Assembly: GCF_006345805.1 (NCBI RefSeq)
Contig: NC_043021.1
Span: forward strand, 682,001-746,000
DNA length: 64,000 nt
Direction: 5' to 3'
DNA from: Octopus sinensis
Taxonomy: Eukaryota
How positions within the stretch are numbered: the first letter of the stretch is position 1; each line of letters starts with the position of its first letter. Positions 40,248 through 52,595 of the stretch are shown here, in pieces. A program made the translations under genes and the position numbers. A model generated the notes under the pieces. That model had not been told where the DNA came from and made no database searches. It saw only the letters and a list, made by a program, of their open reading frames with translations.

Positions 40248-40723
40248 TATCTATCTGTCTGTCTGTTTGTCTATGGAACTTGATAGCCAGACAGCTAGAT
40301 ATACATGTTTGCCCATCAGTTAATTCTAGCTAAGTGTAAACTTATTTACCTGATGCGACGACAAAATTAATTCATTGAAATTATTTTAACCATTTCGTTA
40401 TGTACGGGAGACAACTGCAAGCATATTTCAGTGTTATTTAAACTCATCAGCGAAACAGAGCACTGTTGAAATAGGGATTAGATAATCCCTGATCACATAC
40501 ACAATATTGTACACGATGGATGTGAATAATGACATATTTAAACATCTTAACCTTCGAATTTCAATATTTAACAAGAACTCATTGATCCAAGGAGAGCAAA
40601 AGGCAAAATGCTCATGGTGTGATCCGAACCTACAGCATACAAATATCAGAATTACTTAGTAGTAAGTAAAGTAGGGTGTGACAGCAGGCTCAGTTGTTAG
40701 TGTTTGTCTCTAATAAAGACATC

Positions 40724-40789
40724 ATGTGCATGTATGTATGTATGTATGTATGTATGTATGTATGTATGTATGCATGTATGTATGTATGC

Positions 40790-40820
<31 letters not shown>

Positions 40821-42213
40821 TGTATGTATGCATGCATGTATGTATGTATGTATGTATGTATGTATGTATGTATGTGTGTATGTATGTATGTATGTAAGTA
40901 TGTATGTATGTATGTATGTAAGTATGTATGTATGTATGTATGTATGTGTATGTATGTATGTATGTGTGTATGTATGTATGTATGTATGTATGTATGTGTG
41001 TATGTATGTATGTATGCATGCATGTATGTATGTATGTATGTATGTATGTATGTATGCATGCATGCATGCATGTATGTATGTATGTATGTATGTATGTATG
41101 TATGTGTGTATGTATGTATGTATGTAAGTATGTATGTATGTATGTATGTATGTGTATGTATGTATGTATGCATGCATGTATGTATGTATGTATGTATGTA
41201 TGTATGTATGTATGTATGTATGCATGTATGTATGTATGCATGCATGTATGTATGTATGTATGTATGTATGTATGTATGTATGTGTGTATGTATGTGTATG
41301 TATGTATGTATGCATGCATGTATGTATGTATGTATGTATGTATGTATGTATGTATGTATGCATGTATGTATGTATGCATGCATGTATGTATGTATGTATG
41401 TATGTATGTATGTATGTATGTATGTGTGTATGTATGTATGTATGTAAGTATGTATGTATGTATGTATGTATGTGTATGTATGTATGTATGCATGCATGTA
41501 TGTATGTATGTATGTATGTATGTATGTATGTATGCATGTATGTATGTATGCATGCATGTATGTATGTATGTATGTATGTATGTATGTATGTGTGTATGTA
41601 TGTATGTATGTAAGTATGTATGTATGTATGTATGTATGTGTATGTATGTATGTATGCATGCATGTATGTATGTATGTATGTATGTATGTATGTATGTATG
41701 CATGTATGTATGTATGCATGCATGTATGTATGTATGTATGTATGTATGTATGTATGTATGTATGTATGTATGTATGTGTGTATGTATGTATGTATGTAAG
41801 TATGTATGTATGTATGTATGTATGTATGTATGTATGTATGTATGTATGTATGCATGTATGTATGTATGTATGTATGTATGTGTATGTATGTATGTATGTA
41901 TGTATGTATGTATGTATGTATGTGTATGTATGTATGTATGTATGTATGTATGTGTATGTATGTATGTATGTATGTATGTATGTGGTTATGTATGTATGTA
42001 TGTATGTATGTGTATGTATGTATGTATGTATGTATGTGTATGTATGTATGTATGTATGTATGTATGCATGTATGTATGTATGCATGCATGTATGTATGTA
42101 TGTATGTATGTATGTATGTATGTATGTATGTGTGTATGTATGTATGTATGTAAGTATGTATGTATGTGTGTGTGTATGTATGTATGTATGTTGTATGTAT
42201 GTATGTATGTATG
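40724..42213. repeat. ~1.5 kb (TATG)n microsatellite array with TGCA/TAAG/TGTG variant units
   Basis: Direct reading; source of the long HTYI/MYVC pseudo-ORFs. Confidence 0.99.
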
Positions 42214-44800
42214 ATACTTTGATACTTATACTTTGATAGGTTTCGGCCATTATTGGCCCAGGCCATGTCTAACTTAATAGCACCACCTGGTGAAGTCTTT
42301 CAAGTCAGAATTTGGGCACTATGGCCCACTCAAGTAGAGAGTTATTGTTTACAGAGACATATCCAGGTGTAGGGGGTTTATCCGGGATTTCTTGAAGGAA
42401 TCTGTCCAAAGACTTCTTGAACCCTATAGGGTCAGTTTCTGTTTTAATGTGTTTTGGTGTAATGTTAAAGAGAGCGGGGCCAATTGAGGTGAAATAATTG
42501 TGCCGTATTGTTGTTATGAGATGAGAGTGCGATTTTTGTTTTGGGCGGATGGCACGGGGCCCAAGCCTTGGATGTACCTTAAAGGTGATGCCAACATCAT
42601 TTGGGCAATGCTGATGGAATATTTTCCACATCATGCAGATGATGTAGCGCTCACGACGACGTTGGAGAGAATAGTTTTAGTTTAGCTTTTCTAGCCGACC
42701 CCAATAGTCGAGGCCTGTCATGCCATCTATCTTTTTTGTGATTGCCCTTTGAGGTGCTTCAACTTTTATGATACCTTGTATTGTGTGGGGAGACCACAGT
42801 GGACAACAGTATTCAAGGTGGGGTCGGGCAAAAGTGGAGAAGAGAAGGATAATGGTGTGGATATCTCTCGACTGGAAAGTTCTGAGAATCCAGGAACACA
42901 TTCTGCGGCCATGTCAACTTGGGTGTTTATATGAGTGGCCCAGCTTACGTGTTGTCCACAATTACTCCCAAGTCCTGATGTTGTTGGACGCCGCGAGAGT
43001 TTCACCTGAAGGAAGGGAGTATGGGAGTTTCAGGGCATCCTCTTTTCCAAAGTGGATTAGCTCAAATTTATCCTCGTTCAGCAGCATATTGTTTTTTTCT
43101 GCCCATTGGATAACAGCCAGTAGATCTGACTGAAGGCATGTCCGGTCACTCGCCTCATTTATGACCTTCTGTAGCTTGGAGTCATCTGCAAAGATTTTTA
43201 TGTTGCTGTGCTTGATGATGTCATTAATGTCATTAATGTAAATGATGAAAAGAAGTGGGCCCAGCACAGTGCCTTGCGGAACGCCACTACTGACTTGGGC
43301 TGGGCTTGATTTTACCCCTTCAACTACAACATGTTGAGATCTGTCTGTCAGGAAACACTCAATCCATTTCAGTAACTTTCCAGAGACACCAATGTGGATA
43401 GTTTTTTCAATAGGATCTTGTGATCGACCCTGTCGAAGGCCTTACTGAAATCAAGGTAGATGACATCGGTGTTGGAGCCCTCTCCCAAAGCTCTCAAAAT
43501 GTCCTCAAAGTGATGCAGGAGCTGCGTTAGGCAGTCCCTTCCATTACGGAACCCATGTTGGTTGGAGATCAGCCGTCTGTTGCTTTCCAGAAATTGGTTA
43601 TTCGAGATCTCACCACCCTCTCAAATACCTTGATGATATGAGAGGTGAGTGAGATCGGGCGGTAATTCACTGCAAGGGACTTGTTTCCCTTTTGAAAACT
43701 GGGACAACAGACTGGGACAGAAGGTTTTTTGGAATATAGCCAGCATCCAGTGAGTTTCTCCACAGATTAGCAAGGGGAGATGCAAGTTGGTGTCGACACA
43801 CCTTCAGGACACAAGCAGGGAATCTATCGGGGCCTACTGCTGAATTGTGTTTTATTTCGTTTATCGCCGCTAAGACATCAGGGGCACTAAACGTTATGTC
43901 CGATATAGTGTGTTGGGGGTTGACATCACTGATACAGCCCAGATCGGCCATATCAGGATTGCTGAAAACAGAGCAGTATTGTTTCTGCAGTATCTCGGCC
44001 ATGGATTTGGCATTATCTTGGAGAGTGCCAGTTTCGTCAATTAGAGGGCCTACAGTGGAGACAGTGACCCTGCGTTTCCTCGCAAATGAAAAGAACACTT
44101 TGGGGTTGAGTTTGATTTTTTCAATGGCCCACTTCTCCTCAGCTGATCTTTGGTTATTGATGAGGGTCTTCATGCATTGTTGGAGGTTATATTTTTTGGA
44201 TTCAAGCAGTGCGATAGCCGTCGAATGTGTGTGTTGCTGTTGGCAGTACTTTAGTTTGTTAATTTTTTTGTTTGTTCTTTTTTTTTTTCTGATAATGGTT
44301 TTTCTGTTTTGGGGGATTCTGCACTTTTTGTTCACAGGTCTTGGTGGGGAGTGTGTTGCACATATGTCTGTGACGGGTCTACAAAGATCTGCCAAATGTT
44401 TTATGGTTGGTGGAGATGTGTGTATGTGTAAAGGACCAGTCAACATTTGATAGCTCGTTCCTGATTGCATCCCAGTTGGCTTTATGGAGATCCATGTTGT
44501 CAAATGGGTGGGCTGGAGGAAGGTCACTAGGATTAGCTTTCGGCTGGTGGAATTTCATGTTACAGAGAACCATGTCATGGTCTGAAAGAAGGGTTTTTCC
44601 ACTGTAACGTTATGTATAGTGTTAGTGTGGTTACTAAACACTAGGTCCAAAATGTTCTGATGTCTTGTTGGTGCAAGGACAAGTTGGGACAAGAAAAACT
44701 CATTCGTAAAGTCGAAAAGTGACTCTGCTGCTTCTTTGTCAGCGGTTGAGGCGGGAGTGCTTGGTTTCAAACAGTTTGTAATCCAGTCAACACAGGGTAG
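42214..44800 (-). mobile_element. 5'-truncated non-LTR retrotransposon (CR1/L2/Jockey group), APE end + reverse transcriptase, several frameshifts
   Basis: Minus-strand frames contain LPCVDW...NILDLVF...SDH (APE end), NYRPISLTSHIIKVFERVV, YLDFSKAFD, GVPQGTVLGPLLF, IFADDSKL, and C-terminal FKKSLDRFLQEIPDKP...NSLLEW; short 3' UTR ending in AAGTAT(C/A) repeats. Confidence 0.93.
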
Positions 44801-45281
44801 TATGTATGTATGTATGTATGTATGTATGTATGTATGTATGTATGTATGTATGTATGTATGTATGTATGTATGTATGTGTGTGTGTATGTGTGTATGTATG
44901 TATGTATGTGTGTATGTGTGTGTGTATGTGTGTATGTATGTATGTGTGTATGTATGTGTGTGTATGTATGTGTGTATATATGTATGTGTGTATGTATGTA
45001 TGTGTGTATGTATGTGTGTATGTATGTATGTGTGTATGTATGTATGTATGTATGTATGTATGTGTGTATGTATGTATGTATGTATGTATGTGTGTATGTA
45101 TGTATGTATGTATGTGTGTATGTATGTATGTATGTATGTATGTATGTGTGTATGTATGTATGTATGTATGTATGTATGTATGTATGTATGTATGTATGTA
45201 TGTATGTATGTATGTATGTATGTGTGTGTGTATGTATGTATGTATGTATGTATGTATGTATGTGTGTATGTATGTATGTAT
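44801..45281. repeat. ~480 bp (TATG)n/(TG)n array on the other flank of the LINE
   Basis: Direct reading; same strand polarity as the 40724-42213 array. Confidence 0.98.
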
Positions 45282-45880
45282 ACACATGTCTACATGTATA
45301 TTGGTCGACTGAAAGGAAGAAATCTCATGTGGTTAATCGACTCACTAGAAATAGCAGCTAAATCTCAAAAACCGTCTAGTTTACCGACTTAGACTATAGC
45401 ACAGAATAGAATATAGTCCTAAGCAGGGTTAGTCATAGCTGGAGCTCTATGATCGTAGAACTGTTGACCGGGGGGGCCAAGGGAAATATTCTGTGCGAGA
45501 AATAACAGCTAAATCTTTAAAAAGACGTGACAAATTAGACGATATACGAGGTGCAGGATAAACTATGCGTAACTAATTGACGGGGTAGTCACGGCTGGAA
45601 ATTTGTTTAATCAGGTATTACAATAATAACAACACAGCTAGCTCCGAGAACAAGATCGGTTTATGGCAAAAACGTGTCTTCACCTGTAGTATCGTGTTCA
45701 ATTCCTGCCCGAAGGCAAGGCGAAACTAGCTACCGACCTACATACTCAACCACCTTTCTTTCTTAATTAATTAATTAATTAAGAAATCAACTTGGCGTTA
45801 GACACGGACCGATCAGTTAAGGGAATTAATTCGAAATATATATTTTGAAGTTACGTCCCTTATATAAACCGTTATACAAG

Positions 45881-48223
45881 TAGGAGAGACCGGGGTTAGT
45901 TGACTACATTCTTTACATTTTCACAGACAGAGCAATACTATTCAATGTATTCTACTGCATCTTGTATTACACGCATAAAGCAACCATAGCAGAAGACTTA
46001 CAAAGCTAGAGATCTCATCTTCTTAATGTCTTGATTTATATTTTGTGCATTTTCTAAGACCACTTAAATGTGTCAACTTGCCCCGATAATGGGGTATGTT
46101 GACACATGAATGCATTTTCTTGGAACATACATGTTAGTGGACAGAAACATGATATAATCTTGTTGGTTTGATCAAGGGCCTTTATTACGGTTTCATTACA
46201 TATCATCATCAGAGTCACAATTTGGGCATGTGAATATTAATAATAATAATAATAATAATAATGAAATTATTGTATACAGTGCTCAGGTGCACCACAACTT
46301 GCCAGAGTATATGCAGTAATGTACAAATGTCTGGAAAGCGAACAATGCATGAGTCAGATACATGCTTGTGTGTGAGGGGAGAAAATCAGGTGTAGTGTTG
46401 GTGAATCTCAGAAAGCATGGAAGTTTTGAAGGATGCAGTACTCCGATAACTAACAACTGATGCCGGCAGTTTGTTCCATGCTTCAGCAACTCTCAGCGTG
46501 AAAAAATGTTTCCTGAAGTCATGGGAGCTGTGCTGTTTTCTGACTTTGTAATTTTGTCAGACTTGGTGCGCATGCCTCGTGAACCCAACCTTTACAATCA
46601 GAAGATTGAAGCCACACTTCCCTTCCTTTGCTGTTGGAAAAAGGTTCGCAGCACACTAAGCAATAGCACTCTTCCTCATCAGAGGTATCACTTTCTTGAA
46701 TTTGAACTTTTTTCTTAACAGTTGGACCTTTTCCCCTTCGTTGACCTGCCCTTACTGAGTCCCTTTCCTATCGTTCCTTTATCAATGTTTGTCTTCTTTT
46801 TACTTGTACTTTTTGTCTTTTCTTTTATGATTGCTCTTTTCACCGGCGGGTCAGTGAGGATTTCAGAACAACGTTTCTTTCTTCCTCTGGTCGATTCTTT
46901 CCTAGGGCCTGCTTTGGGTAGTGGGCGGATTTGAAATGGTGAAAGGAAAGACCTGGCGGCCATGTTGCTTGAAGGCCCAGGTGCTGAAAGTGCAGGATCC
47001 GGTCGGTCAGTGACATAGCTTGGTGCAAAGTCGGTGTCTGTGAAAATGTTGCGATTAAAAGGGCAATATTCCTGTAGAAGAAAAGCCACTAAGAATGTTC
47101 GTCGGAGTTGCAGTCAATGGCCATGCAGTTTTGACAATACACGGAATGTCATAAATGGTCATGGTCTGGCCAGGATAGTTGATATGCCTGTCATCAATGG
47201 CAGTGTTTGTGTACTTCTTCAGTGGTCCATAGACCGCTTTGTCCAACGGCTGTAACCTGTGTGTGCAGTAAGGTGGGAAAGAAAGCATGGTGATGCCATT
47301 GTCTGATGCATAAGTCAGCCCCTCAATACTAAGGTGGGAATCGTGATTGTCCATCGTGACTGCTTTGAACAATTCACATTCCTCACAAAGTGTTGAAGGA
47401 ATTTCACAAACTGCTCTTCACACATCCAACCAGATGGATTAGCACCTCTATCGCTGCCTGATGGTCCATTGTTCAGGAAATGTGGCCTATAGTTCTTCCT
47501 GGGAAAAACAAAAAACAGTGGTATGCTGTTTCTAACAGCATTTACACGGCATGCCAATGTGACCAGGGTTCCCCTCTCTGCACTTGTCATTTTTCCCACT
47601 TGCTTTGTTCCTTTTCTGGCAATAATTCTATCGGGGCGCTGCACAGTTGTTATGCCAGTTTCATCCATGTTGTAGATATTGAATGGATCAAATTTATACC
47701 AAAGTATCACCTCAGCAAGTTGGATGAAAAACATAGCAACATTTGTGTTGTTGAAACTTGTTGCTCGTGCCAAGCTTGTTGCCTGTGGACTTCTTATGGA
47801 TAAATTCTTGTGTCGTTGAAGATATCCAGAGAACCAGTCTTCACCTGCCATTTCTGTCTCATGCCAGGTTGGAGGGATATTACATCCATCTGCCTTTGCC
47901 ATCTGAAAAGCCAATTTCCGCACATCCTTTGGAGCAAGCCCATAGTAAATTTCTGCGGCAGCCAAAACATAAGCCTCTAACTGATTCTCGAACTCGTCGG
48001 TGAGAATTTGCTGTGGCTTTTTGTATCCACTAAGACTGTGGTTGTTGTTGTTTGCTTCAGCGGCCTTGGTGTAGTAGCGAGACAGAGATTTTAAAGGGAT
48101 GCCAAATGTCCTCGAAGCTTCCTGCAAGGAGCTGACACGAGCTCGGATCTGTTGAATAGCCTGTTGGATTACATCCTGTGGAAGGGTTGCCGTCTCGCTT
48201 TTGCATTTGTAGTGTCGCACCAT
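45881..48223 (-). mobile_element. pogo/Tigger-family DNA transposon, decayed transposase (HTH, CENP-B-like DBD, DDE_1, C-terminal PHD finger)
   Basis: ORFs 47315..48223, 47055..47372 and 46715..47089 contain IYNMDETG, AERGTLVT, PSGWM, MDNHDSH, HRLQPLD; PHD-like CLVC...WVHEAC and FTCPNC with stop at 46196; TA + GGAGAGACCGGGGTTAGTTG TIR-like end at 45881. At least two frameshifts; the opposite TIR was not found. Confidence 0.9.
46235..46550 (-). mobile_element. 3' fragment of a CR1/L2-like LINE with simple-repeat tail, nested in the pogo PHD finger
   Basis: Minus frame RKQHSSHDFRKHFFTLRVAEAWNKLP...SFKTSML followed by 3' UTR; (TAA)n run at 46238-46262 on the plus strand. Confidence 0.85.
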
Positions 48224-49052
48224 GACAGTTGTAGATCTAAGTCTGTAAAGAGAGAGAGAGAGGGAGAGAAAAAAAAAAGCAATTTAGCTCATTGCATAAT
48301 CCAACAGTGAAGGCAAAACGAAGCTCTGAGTGTTTACCTACTTTTTAGTTTCAAGCATGCCTGGTCACGGCATAACTTCATGTTTATATATCAGTGGTAC
48401 AGGTTACAAAGCTGAGGCAGTATACAAGCTGTTGACTAAATAGGTAGCGGTGTGAAGAATTAGATGGTGATGATGATGATGATGACGATGATGTGACATC
48501 AACGTGAAGGTGAAGCTTTGTTGGATTATATTATGACAACATGTAAGGGTAGAACTCACTTCTATGCATCCATGTTAATGTTCTGATACAAAAGAACAAA
48601 ATGAATGAACTAAAAACAATTATATCTCCCCTTCCCTGTTCCCGTTTCCCCTCCCCTCCTTCCCTCTGTCTGTCTGTTTCTCTCTATCTCTCTCTCTCTC
48701 TCCTCTCTCCCACTTCACAAACGAATTTATTCCACTTTTAAACGGTTTAAATTCATTAAACCCTTTTGCGACGGAAACCAGAAATATCCATTCAAAAGGC
48801 CATTGTCCTTAACCGTGCAACGCAGTTTTGTGCACCAAACTGTTTCGTTGAGGAATGTCGTGTTTGGAACTAATTTTTGTTGAGATTCGTCATGTCTATT
48901 GAGGCAAAGTGACTTGCAGAAAATACCAATTCTATTTTTTGGTAGATACTTAAAATTATTACTGGAATAACCACGAAATTTTTCAGTTAAAAAGTTAATT
49001 ATTGACACAGACCATAGTTAATTAGCATGAAGTCTTCTGTTTAACGGAAGAA

Positions 49053-49356
49053 TGTTTCTTTATTAGCCACATAGGGCTGCACATGGACGGGACAGATTAC
49101 AAAGTAGAGCTTTTCTTTTTGGGGAGAAAAGAAATAAAGTGGTGTAGGTTTTCGATCAAAAGGGATCGTAAAAAGGAAAGAAAAAAGAAAAAGAAAAAAA
49201 AAGAAAGAAAAAAGAAACGATCAATAGGGATCGTGTATCACAGAAATGTCATGATGTAAAGTGTAAAGGGGGAAGCAGATAAGGTTTATCCGTGGAAAGA
49301 AAAGCCTACGGAAAAGACCACGGTAACCTCGGTCAATAATGTCACATGTTAACACA
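49053..49356 (-). repeat. ~300 bp dispersed repeat, copy 2 (inverted relative to copy 1)
   Basis: Shares both termini with 39960-40247. Confidence 0.75.
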
Positions 49357-49715
49357 TTTGTTTGCAAGTAGGTAACCCTGTGTTCAAATCCTGTCTAAGT
49401 CGAATGAACTCTATTAAGGCTCTGACTGTTCCGAGCTCATTACTGCGAGCATCTGATCCGTCTCGCCATCCATAGTATTTCACATAACTCTACTTCTTAA
49501 CTGGGCGGAATAAAAACTATTTGTTTACAAATATGTCCCCACCTAAGAAAAAATATAAATGCGTCATAAAATGACGCCTGAACACTGCTTCAGTTGACAA
49601 TTGTCTGGCTGTGAGCTGCGCCCCAGTTGAAGTACAATGACATTATTGTGAAAGCCAGAGTTGTGAATGGCCAGACGACAGATACCTATGCAGCGCCGAT
49701 GGCGACATAAAACAT

Positions 49716-49758
49716 ACTACTACTACTACAACAACAACTACTACTACTACTACTACTG

Positions 49759-49789
<31 letters not shown>

Positions 49790-49803
49790 AACAACTACTG
49801 CTG

Positions 49804-49834
<31 letters not shown>

Positions 49835-49851
49835 CACCACCACCAACCACC

Positions 49852-49898
<47 letters not shown>

Positions 49899-49908
49899 CA
49901 CCACCACC

Positions 49909-49948
<40 letters not shown>

Positions 49949-50002
49949 ACACCACCACCACCACCACCACCACTACTACTACTGCTATTGCTGCTGCTGC
50001 TG

Positions 50003-50033
<31 letters not shown>

Positions 50034-50070
50034 AACAACATCAGCAACAACGGCATCGCCACCACCAACA
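49716..50070. repeat. In-register mosaic trinucleotide array (CTA/CAA/CTG/CCA)n
   Basis: Direct reading. Confidence 0.97.
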
Positions 50071-50399
50071 CTTATGTATGTACAAGTTTGTATCTGTGAG
50101 GTGTGTGTGTGCATTTATGGATGTGTTTGTATGGATGCTTGTGCGTTTGTTTGTATGTGTGTATTTGTGTGAAAGAGAGAAAGAAAGAGTGAGGGAGAAG
50201 GAGAGAGAGAGAGGGAGAGAGAGATTATGGTTTTTATACCGATTCGGGCGTTGCTGATTCTATTAAAGGTCAGTTGTAGTGATGGGGGGGCGTTGGTGGA
50301 TAGTAGAAGGAAAGTGTGTGTGTGGTGTGTGTGTGTGTAAAACGTTGTCGACGTAGAAACGGTAAATTTAACTATTTTTCTTCGGAGAGTTCTTGTATA

Positions 50400-51270
50400 C
50401 TTCCTTTGGTCGTGGTTCCCGGGTGGGTAGTCCAGCTCATCTTACGATGTTGGGCAGGTGATGACCTTTAGTCCTCGAAACTTGTCCTTCCTTGTACAGC
50501 TGTCATTTTAGTAGCATGATCTTGGATACTAGTCTGTTGAAGGATTCAGTATTTGCTAACAAGGTTATTCAAGTGAATGTTGAGAATGGTGCAGAGGTAG
50601 CGCAGGTGAAAAGAGGTTGTGACGGGAGGTACCGTATGACTCAGTGCCGTACAGCAGGGTGGACTGGGTCTGGAAGTGTACACACACAGTGCTCTAACTC
50701 TGTACACTCTTTCTGTCTTTCTTCAAATGGGGGACTGCAGTTACCTTTGCTAGAACTGGTTGCCATTGGTGTAGTTCCACATCTAGAAACCATTCTCTCC
50801 ATCGAGGTCTTCTGTGGTCACTACAAGTATCATATTGAAAGAAGAGAGTAGGTGCAAGGATGCAGTCCCGCTTCCCACCATTTCGTATTTCGAAGAGCTT
50901 TGTAAGATTCTTGTTTCTACTGGTCCACCCTGACTAAGCTTGATGACCATATTGAGGAATTTGGTAGTAGGAGAACATCCAGTTCATTCTGTCTACAGGC
51001 CATTCCTCCTTCTCTCGGCTTCGAACATTTTGGTGAAGTTTATAAACGTCACATCTAGTCCCTTGTTCTGTTCTCTATATTTCTCTTGAAGCTGTCAAAG
51101 AAGAATTACCATATTGGTGGTGCTCCTATTGGCTGTGAATCCAGATTGGTTCTCTGGTGAGAGGAAGGGTTCTGCAATGATTATCACCAGTCTGTTCAAG
51201 AATATTCTTGGGTGGTTTTCCCCTGCGATGGGGAATAAAGTTAAACTCCTGTAGGTGAAACAGTCAGACT
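50400..51270 (-). mobile_element. Degraded RTE-clade LINE reverse-transcriptase fragment
   Basis: Minus frame TYRSLTLFPIAG...RIFLNRL...PENQSGFTANRSTTNMVILL*QLQEKYREQNKGLDVTFINFTKMF, the RTE/BovB-type QCGFR...RQLQEKCREQ motif; stops and internal deletions. Confidence 0.85.
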
Positions 51271-52330
51271 TTCTCCCTTGTATTGAGAGATGACGATGAA
51301 GTCTGCATCAGTTTTATAAAAAACTTGTTTAAAAATTTGTCCGAAATATTGATTTCAAAGTTTGGCATAAGGTCAGAAATTTCAGAGGGATGGGGTGGGG
51401 AGTTGATTCCATTGACCCCAGTGATTGACTGGTACTTATTTTATCGACCCCGAAAAGATGAGAGACAAAATCGACCCCGGCGACATTTGAACTCAGAACG
51501 TAAAAAGTGGAAGAAAAACCGCTAAGCATTTTAACCGACACAGTAGCGATTCTGTTGGCTCGCCACCTTAATTATACGAAATATTGAACATTTATTTTGA
51601 GGTCCCTGGATAACTTTTATGGTTAGATTGTTAAGAGATATGTCCAAATATCAAATACCAGTCATACCCCAATATTAGGGAATTTTGTCCCCCCCTCACC
51701 TTACTCCTTTAGTAAAGGGAAAAACTTTATTAATGTTACTAAACTTGGTAACTTGTCTGCCCCGATTTAAAATTTCACAGCCATCTCCCCTTTCTATGAC
51801 AGTGTATTAAGGGAGAGCTAACCGACTTACAGCCCTCCCAAATTGTAGTCTTCTCTTTCTGTTAGTAACATCAATTTGTTACGAAAATATGTTCCTTCTG
51901 GTGGAGTTGGAGGGAGAGAGAGGGGGGGAGGAAGGCGGTTGCATTGTTGTTGTGATGGTGGTGGTGGCGCAGACGGAGTGGTTATGTCAGTTATAATGGT
52001 GGTGGTGTAGAGCAGCAGGGGGGGGGGGGAATGAGTGTCATATGGACTGGTCTAACGGACAGGAAACATCACGTGACTACTGTCTCCCTTTTAATCTCTT
52101 TCCCCGATCCACTTTATCCCCACCACCACCACAAATACGATTATAAATACCATCACCACCACCACCACCACCACCATTGACTTCCACTTCCCTCTACTTC
52201 CTAATAGTCAAACCTCCACCCTCCACCCTCGCTACTGTAATCGTTCCCCCCGCCACCACCACCACCATTAAAACATCCCCTCCCTCTGCCGCCGCCTCCA
52301 CCCTCCTCACATGTAACACGGCTATTATAC

Positions 52331-52446
52331 CACGTGACTTACGTTACTCAGTTGGCGGTTAATTCAAAAATAATTTCATTTCGAAATCGGGCGTCGTTTT
52401 TATTCATTCCGCCTCACCGTTTGCCAGCAGAGCACCTTACTATTGG
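52331..52446 (+). promoter_or_regulatory. Putative cell-cycle (DREAM/MuvB-type) promoter of the unnamed gene
   Basis: E-box CACGTGAC 52331; TTGGCGG (E2F, 52352-58) + 4 nt + TTCAAA (CHR consensus TTYRAA, 52363-68); second TTCGAA 52380-85; inverted CCAAT (ATTGG) 52442-46; about 150-260 bp upstream of the ATG. Confidence 0.65.
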
Positions 52447-52595
52447 ACACTTTCTTCAGCTCGCCTATTTGTTCCTCTTCGATTACATCTTATATTCTAT
52501 CCGAAGATTCTAACCGTTTCTTTAGAACGACCATCACGCACTTATCATCATCATTATTATTCTTTCTTAAATAAAAGAAAGCTAATTCTTTAAAC

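Noticed and set aside
40690-42266. Long ORFs of up to 517 aa (HTYI/MYVC repeats)
   Set aside because: Translation of (TATG)n, which lacks stop codons in most frames; the same applies to 6294-6743, 14047-14470, 15247-16456 and 44736-45392.
48727-49008. 93-aa ORF that might derive from a DNA transposon or Helitron
   Set aside because: No diagnostic motif I can name with confidence.
49643-50257. Poly-Y/P/L/V ORFs
   Set aside because: Trinucleotide microsatellite; no splice or codon evidence.
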